Shown in pieces: positions 26,060-34,949 of a DNA stretch of 53,192 nucleotides. The stretch lies in contig JACZSY010000001.1 of NCBI GenBank assembly GCA_022573975.1, forward strand, positions 1 through 53,192, written 5' to 3'. Position numbers and translations under genes: made by a program. Source of the stretch: SAR324 cluster bacterium. Lineage in GTDB: Bacteria; SAR324; JACQKK01. Numbering within the stretch: the first letter of the stretch is position 1; each line of letters starts with the position of its first letter. Below the pieces are notes generated by a model. The model ran no database searches. It had not been told where the DNA came from and was given only the letters and a program-made list of their open reading frames with translations.

Positions 26060-27186
26060 CAGGATTTTTTCTTGGCCGCTCCAGACTTGGCCGCATTATT
26101 TTTAGCCCCCGTTTTCTTGACCTCTTTCTGCTCGGCCAGGAACTCCTTGCGCTCCTGAAGCAGTTTCGACCCGTCCCAATCATAAATTCCGATGATTTGG
26201 TTTTGAAACCGCTCGTTGAAGGCGGTGACCCGGGCTTTCAATTTTTGGTCCGAGACCGAGGGGTCCAGATTGGCCTTGATGGTGAAATAGCGGTAATCGT
26301 CCTTGGCTTTCCGGTCGCCGATTTCGAGGGTGAATTTTCGCTGGTCAAAAAACTCGAAATTGACCTGCCCCATGCGTTTTCGGCCCAATTCGGCCGCCGG
26401 TTTGTCCGCGGGGGCGATTTTGGAAAGATCCATGCCGCCGATCAGGTTCGCCAAGCTTTTGATTTCGGTTTGCTTCAGGCGCTCCGGGGGCATTCCCGCG
26501 AGGGTCCACTTGGCCTCGGGTTTTTCGCGGGAAAACACCATCTCTTTTTTCCCGGGCTTGCGAATCCGGATCGATTTAAGCACCTTGTCGGCGACCTCGT
26601 CAAAGATTTCCTTGTCGATCCAGTCTTCCGGCCTGTAGTCCACGAGCACCGTGTCCTTGATCAGATAGGTAATCTCCTCGCCCACGAACCGGATGTACGT
26701 GCCGCCGAATCCCACGTTTCTTTCGCCGCCCCGGTCCCTCCCGATCACCATGTCGAAGAGGGATTTATCCTGGGCATCCAGGAAACGGATGCGGTATCCG
26801 GTTTTTCCTTTTTCCCATTTGCCCCCGTTTTCCTCCGCGGTGAGGACATTGAGCCCGGCCAGTTTTTCTTTTTTATCGGTGGTGAGATGGGCGATTTTCT
26901 CGGTGTTCAGCTTGACCAGCAGGGCCTTGATTTTTTGCGGGCTGGCGGAAAAGCCGTTTTGTTCCAGCACGGTCCATTGATTGTCCGTCACCTGTACCAG
27001 GGTCACCATTCCTTCATGGGATTGGATTTGGATTTTTGTGGCCTGGCTCACGTCCGCTGTTCCCATCACGGACTTTCCAGTCCGCACCTCGCTCGAGGAA
27101 CCGCCGCCCCAGCGGTTCAATCCAAAAACACCAACGGCCAGAACGATCAAAACGCCGCTAAAGATCGATAGGGAGCGGAACTTCAT
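26059..27186 (-). CDS. DUF4340-domain protein (accessory component of GldG-type ABC systems)
   Basis: N-terminal anchor MKFRSLSIFSGVLIVLAVGVFGL. It sits directly after the GldG-like gene with a 4-nt overlap. Lys-rich C-terminal tail. Confidence 0.7.
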   Translation of the reverse strand: MKFRSLSIFSGVLIVLAVGVFGLNRWGGGSSSEVRTGKSVMGTADVSQATKIQIQSHEGMVTLVQVTDNQWTVLEQNGFSASPQKIKALLVKLNTEKIAHLTTDKKEKLAGLNVLTAEENGGKWEKGKTGYRIRFLDAQDKSLFDMVIGRDRGGERNVGFGGTYIRFVGEEITYLIKDTVLVDYRPEDWIDKEIFDEVADKVLKSIRIRKPGKKEMVFSREKPEAKWTLAGMPPERLKQTEIKSLANLIGGMDLSKIAPADKPAAELGRKRMGQVNFEFFDQRKFTLEIGDRKAKDDYRYFTIKANLDPSVSDQKLKARVTAFNERFQNQIIGIYDWDGSKLLQERKEFLAEQKEVKKTGAKNNAAKSGAAKKKS

Positions 27187-29081
27187 TTTTTGCCTCCTTT
27201 TCTGCGGTTTCTCATGAAGAGGACCACAAAGCCAACCAACGCCACCAACAAGGGCATGGCCAAAAGATTGCCGAACAATAAACTGCTTCCCAGGGCCTTG
27301 ATTTTCTGGCGCAGGTTCTTCCTTACCTTCCTCAATTCTTTTTTGGTGCGCTCTTCCTCCAGCTGGAAGGCCTTGATCTCTTCCAATTGGTCCCGGGTGA
27401 GGATGATTTTCTGGCCCTTGGGGGTGTTTTTTTCGATGGCCTCCAGTTTCGCTTTCACCGTCTCCAACTTGGTGGACAGGCGGGTTTCTTCTTCCGCGAA
27501 CTTGTCCGCCGCCTCGCTCAGCATGGCGGAAACCTTGGTGAAAGGCCGGGAGGATCTTCCCCTGGAGCGGATATAAATCAGATCCTGGCTGCCGGCCAGG
27601 AAATCCACCGCATTGAAGACGAGATTGAAGTTGTCATTTCTTCGTTTCGCCACAACATTGCCGAAGAAATTGAATTTTTCGATGGAAAATTGATCGGAGA
27701 TGAAATCCACGTCCCCGATCAACACCACGGAGGATTCCTGTTTCGACTCGGTCAGATGGGGCAGTGCCGGTTTTTTGGGGGGCTCGGTTTTTCCGCCGGC
27801 CGCCGGCCGTGGTTTGGGTGGAGGGGGGGGGCCGCCCGGGTAGGCCGATTTGAACGATCCGGTCAGCAACGCCGCGGCCACCCGTTCCTTGCCGTCGGGT
27901 ACGATGCTCCTGGCCAGGGCGCTGGGGGACAACATGCGCACGCTGGCGAAATCCACCATGGCGGATTTCTTGGAGGAGTTGATCAGCGGCGTGAATTTCA
28001 GGGAAAACCCGTCCTTGGTGGAAAACACCCCCGTATCGATGAGGGCAATCTCCTCCAGGTCGGCGGTAATCACCTGCTCGCGGTTCATGAATTTGGAGTT
28101 GAAGGACACCCAGATGGGGTAATCCACGACGCCATCCTGGGGCGAATTGACCCGGGTGGGCAATTCCAGGTCGCCCAAAATCTTGGTGGCGTCGAACTGA
28201 ATGCCCCAGGCGGAAAATAATTTCTTCAGGTCGCTGTTGGTCGGCATCCCGAAGCGTTGTTGGGCCGCTGGGTCGAGCCGGGAATTCGGATCCACCATCA
28301 CCAGCAGTTTCCCCCCCCGCAAGAGAAATTGGTCCAGGGCATAGCTGACGCTATCGGTGACGTTTTTGGGATGAATGACCAGCATCATCTTGATATCCTT
28401 GGGCACCTCCACCAGGTCGCCCGGGGAAATCATTTCTATGGCGTATTCTTTTCGCAATTCCGTGATAAAGGTCCATTCCTGGCCGCGCCCCCGGCCCATT
28501 GGCCCGCTATATCCGGCCATTGGCAACGAGGTCAGTAATCCGAGCTTCACCTTGTCCGCTTGACCGACCCGCGAGATGGCGCGGGAAATGTCATATTCGA
28601 GGAATTTCTCGCGGCGGGGATCGAAAAACTTCACCACCTCCTCGCGTTCAGCGGAAAGCACCACCATGCCGAAGAAAAATGTATTCCCGGTGGGGAGCCT
28701 GGCCCCCTCCAACCCATAACGGGAGGCCCAATCCTCCTCGTCCGTGTCCGGTTTGGGATCGAAGATTTCCAGGGAAAGTTTTCCTTTGGACAAGGCGGCA
28801 TATCTGCGCACCAATTCGATCACTTTGGTCGAATAGGTCTTGAATGAAACCGGGATTTCCGCCAGATCGGCGGAGTAATAAAGCTTGATGGTGGTCGCTT
28901 CTTCCAGATTGGCCACGATATTCCTGGACCCGTCGGAAAGGGTGAACAATCCCTCGTCGGTAATGTCCAGCCGCATCGGTATGAATGCGAAAAGCACATT
29001 GACCGCCACCAATCCCACCGCCAGCAGCAGGAAAGCCGCCAGGGGGATGATTTTGGAAAGAAGGGGGTTTTGCCGCATCAT
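27183..29081 (-). CDS. GldG-like ABC-transporter auxiliary protein (ABC_transp_aux family)
   Basis: 632 aa with N- and C-terminal TM helices. RLDITDEGLFTLSDGSRNIVANLEEATTIKLYYS is typical of GldG-family N-termini. Confidence 0.8.
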   Translation of the reverse strand: MMRQNPLLSKIIPLAAFLLLAVGLVAVNVLFAFIPMRLDITDEGLFTLSDGSRNIVANLEEATTIKLYYSADLAEIPVSFKTYSTKVIELVRRYAALSKGKLSLEIFDPKPDTDEEDWASRYGLEGARLPTGNTFFFGMVVLSAEREEVVKFFDPRREKFLEYDISRAISRVGQADKVKLGLLTSLPMAGYSGPMGRGRGQEWTFITELRKEYAIEMISPGDLVEVPKDIKMMLVIHPKNVTDSVSYALDQFLLRGGKLLVMVDPNSRLDPAAQQRFGMPTNSDLKKLFSAWGIQFDATKILGDLELPTRVNSPQDGVVDYPIWVSFNSKFMNREQVITADLEEIALIDTGVFSTKDGFSLKFTPLINSSKKSAMVDFASVRMLSPSALARSIVPDGKERVAAALLTGSFKSAYPGGPPPPPKPRPAAGGKTEPPKKPALPHLTESKQESSVVLIGDVDFISDQFSIEKFNFFGNVVAKRRNDNFNLVFNAVDFLAGSQDLIYIRSRGRSSRPFTKVSAMLSEAADKFAEEETRLSTKLETVKAKLEAIEKNTPKGQKIILTRDQLEEIKAFQLEEERTKKELRKVRKNLRQKIKALGSSLLFGNLLAMPLLVALVGFVVLFMRNRRKGGKK

Positions 29082-29182
29082 CCAATCGTTCCTTTCAAGG
29101 TTGGAAACCCGCGCCCGGGTAAGGGTGTCACCGTTTTTTCACCGTGAGGCCGCGACTGGCGGTTTTTCCATTGAAAATACAC

Positions 29183-29965
29183 TTAAGACGCTTTCGTGTG
29201 TTCCAACACCAATATGTTGGCCAGCAGCATGAAACCGATGATCGACAAAAAGTACACCACATCACGCGAATCGATCTCCCCGCGGCGGATGGCGTTGAAA
29301 TGGGTCGTGAAACTGAACTGGGTAATCAAATCGGACAGCCACACCGGAAAAAAATCCACCAGGGACGTGGTCAATACCCCCCACCCCAACAACACCAGCA
29401 CCAGGCAGATGATAAAACTGGTGATGAAACTGATGACCTGGTTCTTGGTGAGCGATGAGGTGAAGCAGGAAATGGACAAATAGGCTCCGCCCATCAGGAA
29501 ACTGCCCACATAACCGGTGAAAATGATCCCCCCATCGGGCTCGCCCAGATAGTAGGTGGTGAGGATCATGGGGAAGGTCAGCAGCAGGGCGATCCCGATG
29601 AACAACCAGGCCGCCAGGAACTTCCCCAGCACCGCCACATAAAGCGGCACCGGCAGGGTCAGCAGGATTTCGATGGTGCCCTGCCGCCTGTCTTCGGCCC
29701 ACAGCCGCATTCCCACCGACGATATCAATATCAAATAAAGCCAGGGATGGAAGAAGAAAAAAATACCCAGTGAAGCCTCGTTGGACTGGTAGAAATTTCC
29801 CAGATACCAGGTGGTGCCGGTGGTGGATATGAGGAAGATGATAATGAACACATAGGCCACGGGGGATCGGAAATAGCTGAACAACTCCCGCTTGATGATG
29901 GGCAGCATCGGCCCAAAATTGGATTTCATGAGAGAATCGGGAGTGTTGGATCGGTTGAGGGTCAT
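29183..29965 (-). CDS. ABC-2 type transporter permease (GldF-like)
   Basis: IIKRELFSYFRSPVAYVFIIIFL..., six hydrophobic segments, WAEDRRQGTIEILLTLPV motif. Confidence 0.85.
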   Translation of the reverse strand: MTLNRSNTPDSLMKSNFGPMLPIIKRELFSYFRSPVAYVFIIIFLISTTGTTWYLGNFYQSNEASLGIFFFFHPWLYLILISSVGMRLWAEDRRQGTIEILLTLPVPLYVAVLGKFLAAWLFIGIALLLTFPMILTTYYLGEPDGGIIFTGYVGSFLMGGAYLSISCFTSSLTKNQVISFITSFIICLVLVLLGWGVLTTSLVDFFPVWLSDLITQFSFTTHFNAIRRGEIDSRDVVYFLSIIGFMLLANILVLEHTKAS

Positions 29966-30921
29966 GAATGTTCTTCATGCAGGGTCACTTGGCGGAAAAC
30001 CTCATCCATCCGGCCCCGTTCGGCGAAAATTTCCAGAAATTCGATCTTCTTCGATTCCAGGAAGCGGGAGACTTCGGGAAGAATCACCTGGGCCGATTGA
30101 GGAAACACGGCATAGGTGGTGGGGGCGTTGCCCTTGCCGTCAACGTCCTTGCCGTCCTCCCGCTCCACCGAGGCCACGCCCTTGATTTCCCGCAACTGCG
30201 CCTCCAATCCATCCTGGGGTCTGATGGTGCGCACCATGACGGCATTGTGGTGACGGGACATGGCCGCCAATTCGTCCGGGGTGCCGTCCACCACCAGCCG
30301 CCCATTGGCGATGATGATGGCCCGGGTGCAGACCGCCTCCATTTCTTCGAGAATGTGGGTGGAGAGGATGATGGTCTTGGTCTGGCCCATCCCCCGGATC
30401 ACCTCGCGCATCTCGTGCTTCTGGTTGGGGTCCAGTCCGTCGGTGGGTTCATCGAGAATCAGCACCGGCGGATCGTGGATCATCGCCTGGGCGAAGCAGA
30501 CCCGCTGCTTGAAGCCTTTGGACAGGTTGTCGATGATCCGGTGCAGCACCTCGTCAAGGGAGGTGATTTCCACTACCCGCTCCACCGCCCGATTCCGTTC
30601 CGCCCCCCTCATGCCCCGCACCTCGGCGATGAAGCGAAGGTACTCCCGGACGTTCATTTCCGAATAGGCCGGTGCGTTTTCCGGCAGGTATCCGATCTGG
30701 CGGCGCACCCCAAGGGAATCCTCTCCGACGTCCTTGCCGCCGACGATGATGGTTCCGGAGGTTGGGGGAATAAACCCCGTGATGATCTTCATGGTGGTGG
30801 ATTTTCCGGCGCCGTTGGGCCCCAGGAACCCCAGCACCTGCCCCTGCTTCACCTCGAAGGTGATATTGTCCACCGCCGTGAGGCCCCCAAATTTTTTGAC
30901 CAGTTTGCGGACTTCGATCAT
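29962..30921 (-). CDS. ABC transporter ATP-binding protein (GldA-like)
   Basis: Walker A GPNGAGKST, signature LSKGFKQRV, Walker B LILDEPTDGLD. 4-nt overlap with the permease gene. Confidence 0.93.
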   Translation of the reverse strand: MIEVRKLVKKFGGLTAVDNITFEVKQGQVLGFLGPNGAGKSTTMKIITGFIPPTSGTIIVGGKDVGEDSLGVRRQIGYLPENAPAYSEMNVREYLRFIAEVRGMRGAERNRAVERVVEITSLDEVLHRIIDNLSKGFKQRVCFAQAMIHDPPVLILDEPTDGLDPNQKHEMREVIRGMGQTKTIILSTHILEEMEAVCTRAIIIANGRLVVDGTPDELAAMSRHHNAVMVRTIRPQDGLEAQLREIKGVASVEREDGKDVDGKGNAPTTYAVFPQSAQVILPEVSRFLESKKIEFLEIFAERGRMDEVFRQVTLHEEHS

Positions 30922-31116
30922 CGACTTGCCTTGCTTGAATCGTTTCGGATTTCCCGCCGCATCGGGCGATGGCCGCGCTGGAAATTCCGGGTTCGGAACG
31001 TATGACCCATGCCAACCGGAAAGGGTTCAACCGGCTCTGGCCGGCGGAAGGTCAACGCGCCTGGGGTTCCCCGGCCAACCGGCGGGCGGCGGGGAAAAAT
31101 ATCCAGCGTCCGCCGG

Positions 31117-31404
31117 TTACTTGCCGATGATCCCCAGCACATCGTCCTCTTTGAGCATCAAATATTCCTCGCCATCGAGGGTCACGTCGGTGCCGCCGTA
31201 TTTGGCGAACAACACCAGATCGCCCACGGAAATATCCATCGGCACCACCTCGCCCTCCTTGTCCCGGCTGCCGGGTCCGACCGATATCACCTTGCCCTCC
31301 TGGGGCTTTTCCTTGGCCGAATCGGGGATGATGAGTCCGCTGCTGGTGGTTTCTTCGGAGTCGATCCGCTCCACCAGCAGACGGTTGCTTAACGGTTTTA
31401 ACAT
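31117..31404 (-). CDS. groES: Co-chaperonin GroES; no groEL follows
   Basis: MLKPLSNRLLVERIDSEETTSSGLIIPDSAKEKPQEGKVISVGPGSRDKEGEVVPMDISVGDLVLFAKYGGTDVTLDGEEYLMLKEDDVLGIIGK is a full-length canonical Cpn10. Confidence 0.95.
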   Translation of the reverse strand: MLKPLSNRLLVERIDSEETTSSGLIIPDSAKEKPQEGKVISVGPGSRDKEGEVVPMDISVGDLVLFAKYGGTDVTLDGEEYLMLKEDDVLGIIGK

Positions 31405-31718
31405 ATGGCCTCTCTATGAATTGGTCTCGCTTGCCGCGATCCGCGGGACAAAGGCGCATCCGGCCGCCTCCGATTCCCATGGCCGCTGTTCTGGAGTGTT
31501 CGCGGCAAAATTTTCGCGCCCCGTTCAGTCATGACTGCATTCGGGAAATCACAAGGCGCGAGAGCAAACCTGAAATAATCCGGATAGTAACACGGCGCAT
31601 AACAAACTTCTCTGAATAAGATATTTTTAGGGAAAGATCAAATGCCAGTCAAGAGGCCCGGATGTCCCATTTCGGTTCACCCCCTCGATGGAGGCGGGAA
31701 AACACCATCGATGGAATC

Positions 31719-31753
31719 TTTTTTTACCGCTCCATTCTCCGCCGCTTGCGGCG
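31719..31753 (+). repeat. REP-like intergenic element, copy B
   Basis: tttttaccgctccattctccgccgcttgcggcg. Contains the hairpin CGCCG-cttg-CGGCG. Confidence 0.6.
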
Positions 31754-31816
31754 CTGCATCCGGTTTTTAGGCCCCCATTTCCCGTCACCGGGGGGTGAGG
31801 CGCCTCATTTTTTTCC

Positions 31817-34105
31817 TCACTGGTAAATTTTCTTATAGGTCATGAACGAGAGAAAGACCCTTTTAACGTATCGTTTGGTTTCCTGGATGGGAATATGTTC
31901 CACGAAATGGTCCGCTGGGAGATGGCCGTAAAGCCGCCGCCATTTTCTGGCCGTGGTGGGGCCGGCGTTGTAAGCGGCGGCGGCCAAAAAAAAGTTGCCC
32001 TTGAACCGCCGCATCATCTGGCGGAGATAATAGGCCCCGAATTCGATGTTCACCTCCGGCGAGTTCAGCCTGGTTTCATCGAGATTGACTCCCCGCCGCC
32101 TGGCGATTTGCCGGGCCGTGGCCGGCATCAATTGCATCAACCCCCTGGCGCCCGCGATGGAATCGGCCGAGGTGAAAAAACGGCTTTCCTCGCGCATGAC
32201 GGCCATGATGGCATAGGGGTCAATCCCAAAGGTTTGGCCCTGGCGCCGTACCATTTCCCAATAGGCCAGCGGAAAGGCCCGCCGCCACAAAAGCGAGCCG
32301 GAAACCCGGGAACGCCGCATGATTTTGAGCTTGTGACGGGCCATCAGCAGCAATTGCAGATAGGGATTGTCCAGGTAGGAAAAAAGCCGGCTGGCCTCCT
32401 CCACCACCGGCTTGGGAAGCCTGCGCGCCACCACATGTTTTAGCAACTGCGACGCCAGGTCGATTTCGCCGACCGAAAAAAGGAACAAGGCTTGTGGAAA
32501 AGGAGCATGATCCCACAGGGCGGCGATACGGGGGTAGGGTTCCTGCCGCTCCACAGCCGCGTTTCTGCCGGTTTTCATGTTCAGCTTGGCGCCGTTGCCG
32601 ATGAATTCCGCCATTGCGGTGTAATACCCGTAAGGCCATCTTGCTTGCAGCTCTCTCCAGGCGGCCTTTCCTCCCTCAAGTTTACCCCGCGATAATTTCA
32701 GGCGGCCCTTCCAGTAATAGAGCCGCGCATGGTCCACCGGATGGAATAAAATTCCCGATTTCAGCGTTTTTTCAATGAGCGCCGCTGCCCGTGCAACCCG
32801 TTTTTTGGCGATATTTTCCCAGATCACCCACCAATGGGCGCCGGATGAATCCTGGGACCGTGGGAAATCGCGGCTGAGCCGTTTCAGCCAGTAGGCTGTG
32901 GTCACGGGATTGCGGCGTCCATGATTGTACTTCACCAAGTCCAAAAAGATGCCCGGCAACGCGCCATCTCCGGGAGAGATTCGCTCCAATGTTTTCAAAT
33001 GCTTGAGCGCCGTTCCGATGTTCCGCCGCCGTTGCTGGATGCGGATGCTCCAGATCAGGGATTGGCGTTGGGAGAAGGAGAACGCTTTCAGCACCTTTCG
33101 ATCCCGCAGATAAAAAACGCCCCGCTGGTAATACCGTTTCTGGATCAGCGCCCGGATGTAGAGGCGCCCCACCGACCTGGCGATGCGGGGTTCGAGGCGC
33201 GGCAGTTTGTAGGGGTGGAACTCGCCGAGCAACCGGGAAAACTGCCGCAGCCGATACAGGCGCCGGGCTCGCAGCAGATACCCTCTGTCAGTGGGCGGGC
33301 CCAGGCCCCTGTTTATCTTTCGCGCCGGGAAATCGGCCCATTTCCCTGCCGCCTTGGCGTTGGGGGGATGGCTCCACATCAAGGCGGCAAGTTTCCATCT
33401 CAGCCATTCGTTCTTGCTTCGCGAGGAAATTTGGTACCAGTGCCGGATCAGTCGATAATCCCCCGGTCCGATACTTTTCCCGGCGATGTAGGTCAACAGA
33501 TAGGCCGCCTTCTTTTGATAAGCCAGGGCCGGCTTTTGGTTGAGCAGCGCCGACAACAATTCGCGGCTCCTGTTCAACAGGATCGAAGGGGGGCTTTCCC
33601 GTAAAAATCTGGAAAACTCCAACACCGCCTCGTCATGCTCGCCCGCATCCACCAAGGCGTTGAGCAAATACCATCTCCAAATGTATGGCACGCCGGGTTG
33701 GCCGGCCAATCCTTTTTTCAATTCCTGTATCGCTTTTTCCGGTAGATGCTCCCCCAGTGCGCAGACCCCATTGAGAAAAAGGCGCCTGGCCGGCTGCCAC
33801 CCCTCCGGCAGCGGAACGGCGCTCAATTCCGGATCTTCCCAGTCCGGCCGCTCACAGGCCGCCAGGAGCGCCTTGGGCGGTGGAATGGAGAGTGAATGGT
33901 GCGCCAAAACCGGGGAAAAGCCGGAACCGGCCACCATCGCCGCCAATGCCATCGCCGCCAATGCCATCGCCGCCAATGCCATCGAAACCACGGCCAGTGG
34001 AGCCGTCGCCAGCGAACCCACAGCCTTCCGAAGGCGGGGGAAATTCCACCATGGCACCAATGGTGCTAACCTGAACGGGAGCAAAGGATTACCGGGACGC
34101 GGCAC
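31817..34105 (-). CDS. Soluble lytic murein transglycosylase (Slt70-like: superhelical N-domain plus SLT catalytic domain)
   Basis: C-terminal MREESRFF (catalytic Glu), GLMQLMPATA, AYNAGP. GTG start at 34105 is uncertain. The signal-like region contains MALAA x3. Confidence 0.85.
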   Translation of the reverse strand: MPRPGNPLLPFRLAPLVPWWNFPRLRKAVGSLATAPLAVVSMALAAMALAAMALAAMVAGSGFSPVLAHHSLSIPPPKALLAACERPDWEDPELSAVPLPEGWQPARRLFLNGVCALGEHLPEKAIQELKKGLAGQPGVPYIWRWYLLNALVDAGEHDEAVLEFSRFLRESPPSILLNRSRELLSALLNQKPALAYQKKAAYLLTYIAGKSIGPGDYRLIRHWYQISSRSKNEWLRWKLAALMWSHPPNAKAAGKWADFPARKINRGLGPPTDRGYLLRARRLYRLRQFSRLLGEFHPYKLPRLEPRIARSVGRLYIRALIQKRYYQRGVFYLRDRKVLKAFSFSQRQSLIWSIRIQQRRRNIGTALKHLKTLERISPGDGALPGIFLDLVKYNHGRRNPVTTAYWLKRLSRDFPRSQDSSGAHWWVIWENIAKKRVARAAALIEKTLKSGILFHPVDHARLYYWKGRLKLSRGKLEGGKAAWRELQARWPYGYYTAMAEFIGNGAKLNMKTGRNAAVERQEPYPRIAALWDHAPFPQALFLFSVGEIDLASQLLKHVVARRLPKPVVEEASRLFSYLDNPYLQLLLMARHKLKIMRRSRVSGSLLWRRAFPLAYWEMVRRQGQTFGIDPYAIMAVMREESRFFTSADSIAGARGLMQLMPATARQIARRRGVNLDETRLNSPEVNIEFGAYYLRQMMRRFKGNFFLAAAAYNAGPTTARKWRRLYGHLPADHFVEHIPIQETKRYVKRVFLSFMTYKKIYQ
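33935..33985. repeat. 3.4 x 15-bp perfect in-frame tandem repeat in the Slt signal-peptide region (MALAA)
   Basis: ccatcgccgccaatg x3 followed by ccatcg. Confidence 0.92.
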
Positions 34106-34123
34106 GCTGGACCTTTTGATACG

Positions 34124-34150
34124 GGTCCATTTCCCGCCGCTTGCGGCGAA
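34124..34150 (+). repeat. REP-like intergenic element, partial copy C
   Basis: gtccatttcccgccgcttgcggcgaa. 21 of 24 positions match copy B, including the same hairpin. On its own this is statistically weak. Confidence 0.4.
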
Positions 34151-34217
34151 AAAGAAGACGGTTTCTTGAAACCTTGCCCCTTGGGGCGAGGCCGTTCAAT
34201 TTTCTTGAATTGGATCC

Positions 34218-34841
34218 ATGGCCACCCAAGAAAAAAACCACGGATTGCTTTGGATGTTAACCTATTCCTCCGATGGGGCGGCGCCACGGGAGGTGGCCTT
34301 CGGGCCAAATGATGCCATTTATCATCTCTACCGGCAAACCAGAAATCCGTACCTCGAGCGGGCCATCGCACCGGCCACAAAAAAGCTGGAACGCTCCAGC
34401 GAGGATTTGCACAAGTTGTTCCGGTTGATCCGGGATCATCATCAATATGGCATCTCACCGGTCAACACCCGGCAACCCTACCACAAGCGCGACCTTTCCC
34501 ATCCCGCGCCTCCCAAAAGCGTTCGCCCGGAATATCTGACACCGGAAAAAATGAGCGGCGATATTCTGCGCCTGCCCTGGATGATCGAAGTGTTTTTCAA
34601 ATCGGTGCTGTCGCGGCTGGAAAACAATCCCGGCCACTTCAAGGGCGTGGTCGAGGAATTGATGCAACAATTCCAGCAGGACCGGGTACGGATTAAAATA
34701 TACGATGCCTATCGTACCTTCGCCGATTGGGACGATTTGATGCGGACTTTGCGGGAAATCGCGAAATACCCCGCGCCGGAAACCTTCGATCTGTTTTGCA
34801 GCGCCCTCTTCGCCTACTATGATCTGGCATTCCCGCCCTAG
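34218..34841 (+). CDS. Hypothetical protein, 207 aa
   Basis: Balanced composition (MATQEKNHGLLWMLTYSSDG...EELMQQFQQDRVRIKIYDAYRTFADWDDLMRTLREIAKY). I recognise no family. It ends inside a 21-bp repeat array. Confidence 0.55.
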   Translation: MATQEKNHGLLWMLTYSSDGAAPREVAFGPNDAIYHLYRQTRNPYLERAIAPATKKLERSSEDLHKLFRLIRDHHQYGISPVNTRQPYHKRDLSHPAPPKSVRPEYLTPEKMSGDILRLPWMIEVFFKSVLSRLENNPGHFKGVVEELMQQFQQDRVRIKIYDAYRTFADWDDLMRTLREIAKYPAPETFDLFCSALFAYYDLAFPP

Positions 34842-34904
34842 CATCTGGCGTTCCCGCCCTGGGATTTGGCGTTTCGGCCCGGAGATATTGCGTTCCCGCC
34901 CGGG
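34821..34904. repeat. 4 x 21-bp tandem repeat spanning the stop codon of the preceding gene
   Basis: gatctggcattcccgccctag / catctggcgttcccgccctgg / gatttggcgtttcggcccgga / gatattgcgttcccgcccggg. In frame these read DLAFPP* HLAFPPW DLAFRPG DIAFPPG. Confidence 0.9.
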
Positions 34905-34949
34905 ATGGGAGGCCGGTTGGCCGGCCAACTCCGCGGGGCCGGGCTCGTT

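Noticed and set aside
31405-31620. CIRCE or sigma-32 promoter upstream of groES
   Set aside because: Only a half-site-like GAGTGTTCG is present, with no partner TTAGCACTC. CTTGTGA..CCCGAATG is too far from the CTTGAAA-N13-15-CCCCATNT consensus to call.
31795-31815. Terminator-like TGAGGCGCCTCA followed by T7 on the + strand next to the slt stop
   Set aside because: The palindrome leaves no loop, so at best a 4-5 bp stem forms. No + strand gene ends here, and on the slt (minus) strand the U-run is on the wrong side.
20961-34841. Idea that in-frame TAG codons (two in HepT, one inside the 21-bp repeat) indicate amber read-through or reassignment
   Set aside because: TAG is used as an ordinary stop by several confident genes here (GST, FG-GAP paralog 1, ClC, MNT, MBL, Fe-ADH), so reassignment is not supported. 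Decay by point mutation is the simpler explanation.
34826-34900. TGGC(A/G)TTCCCGCCC units as sigma-54 (-24/-12) promoters
   Set aside because: The GG-to-GC spacing does not fit TGGCAC-N5-TTGC. There is no GC dinucleotide at the required +12 offset.
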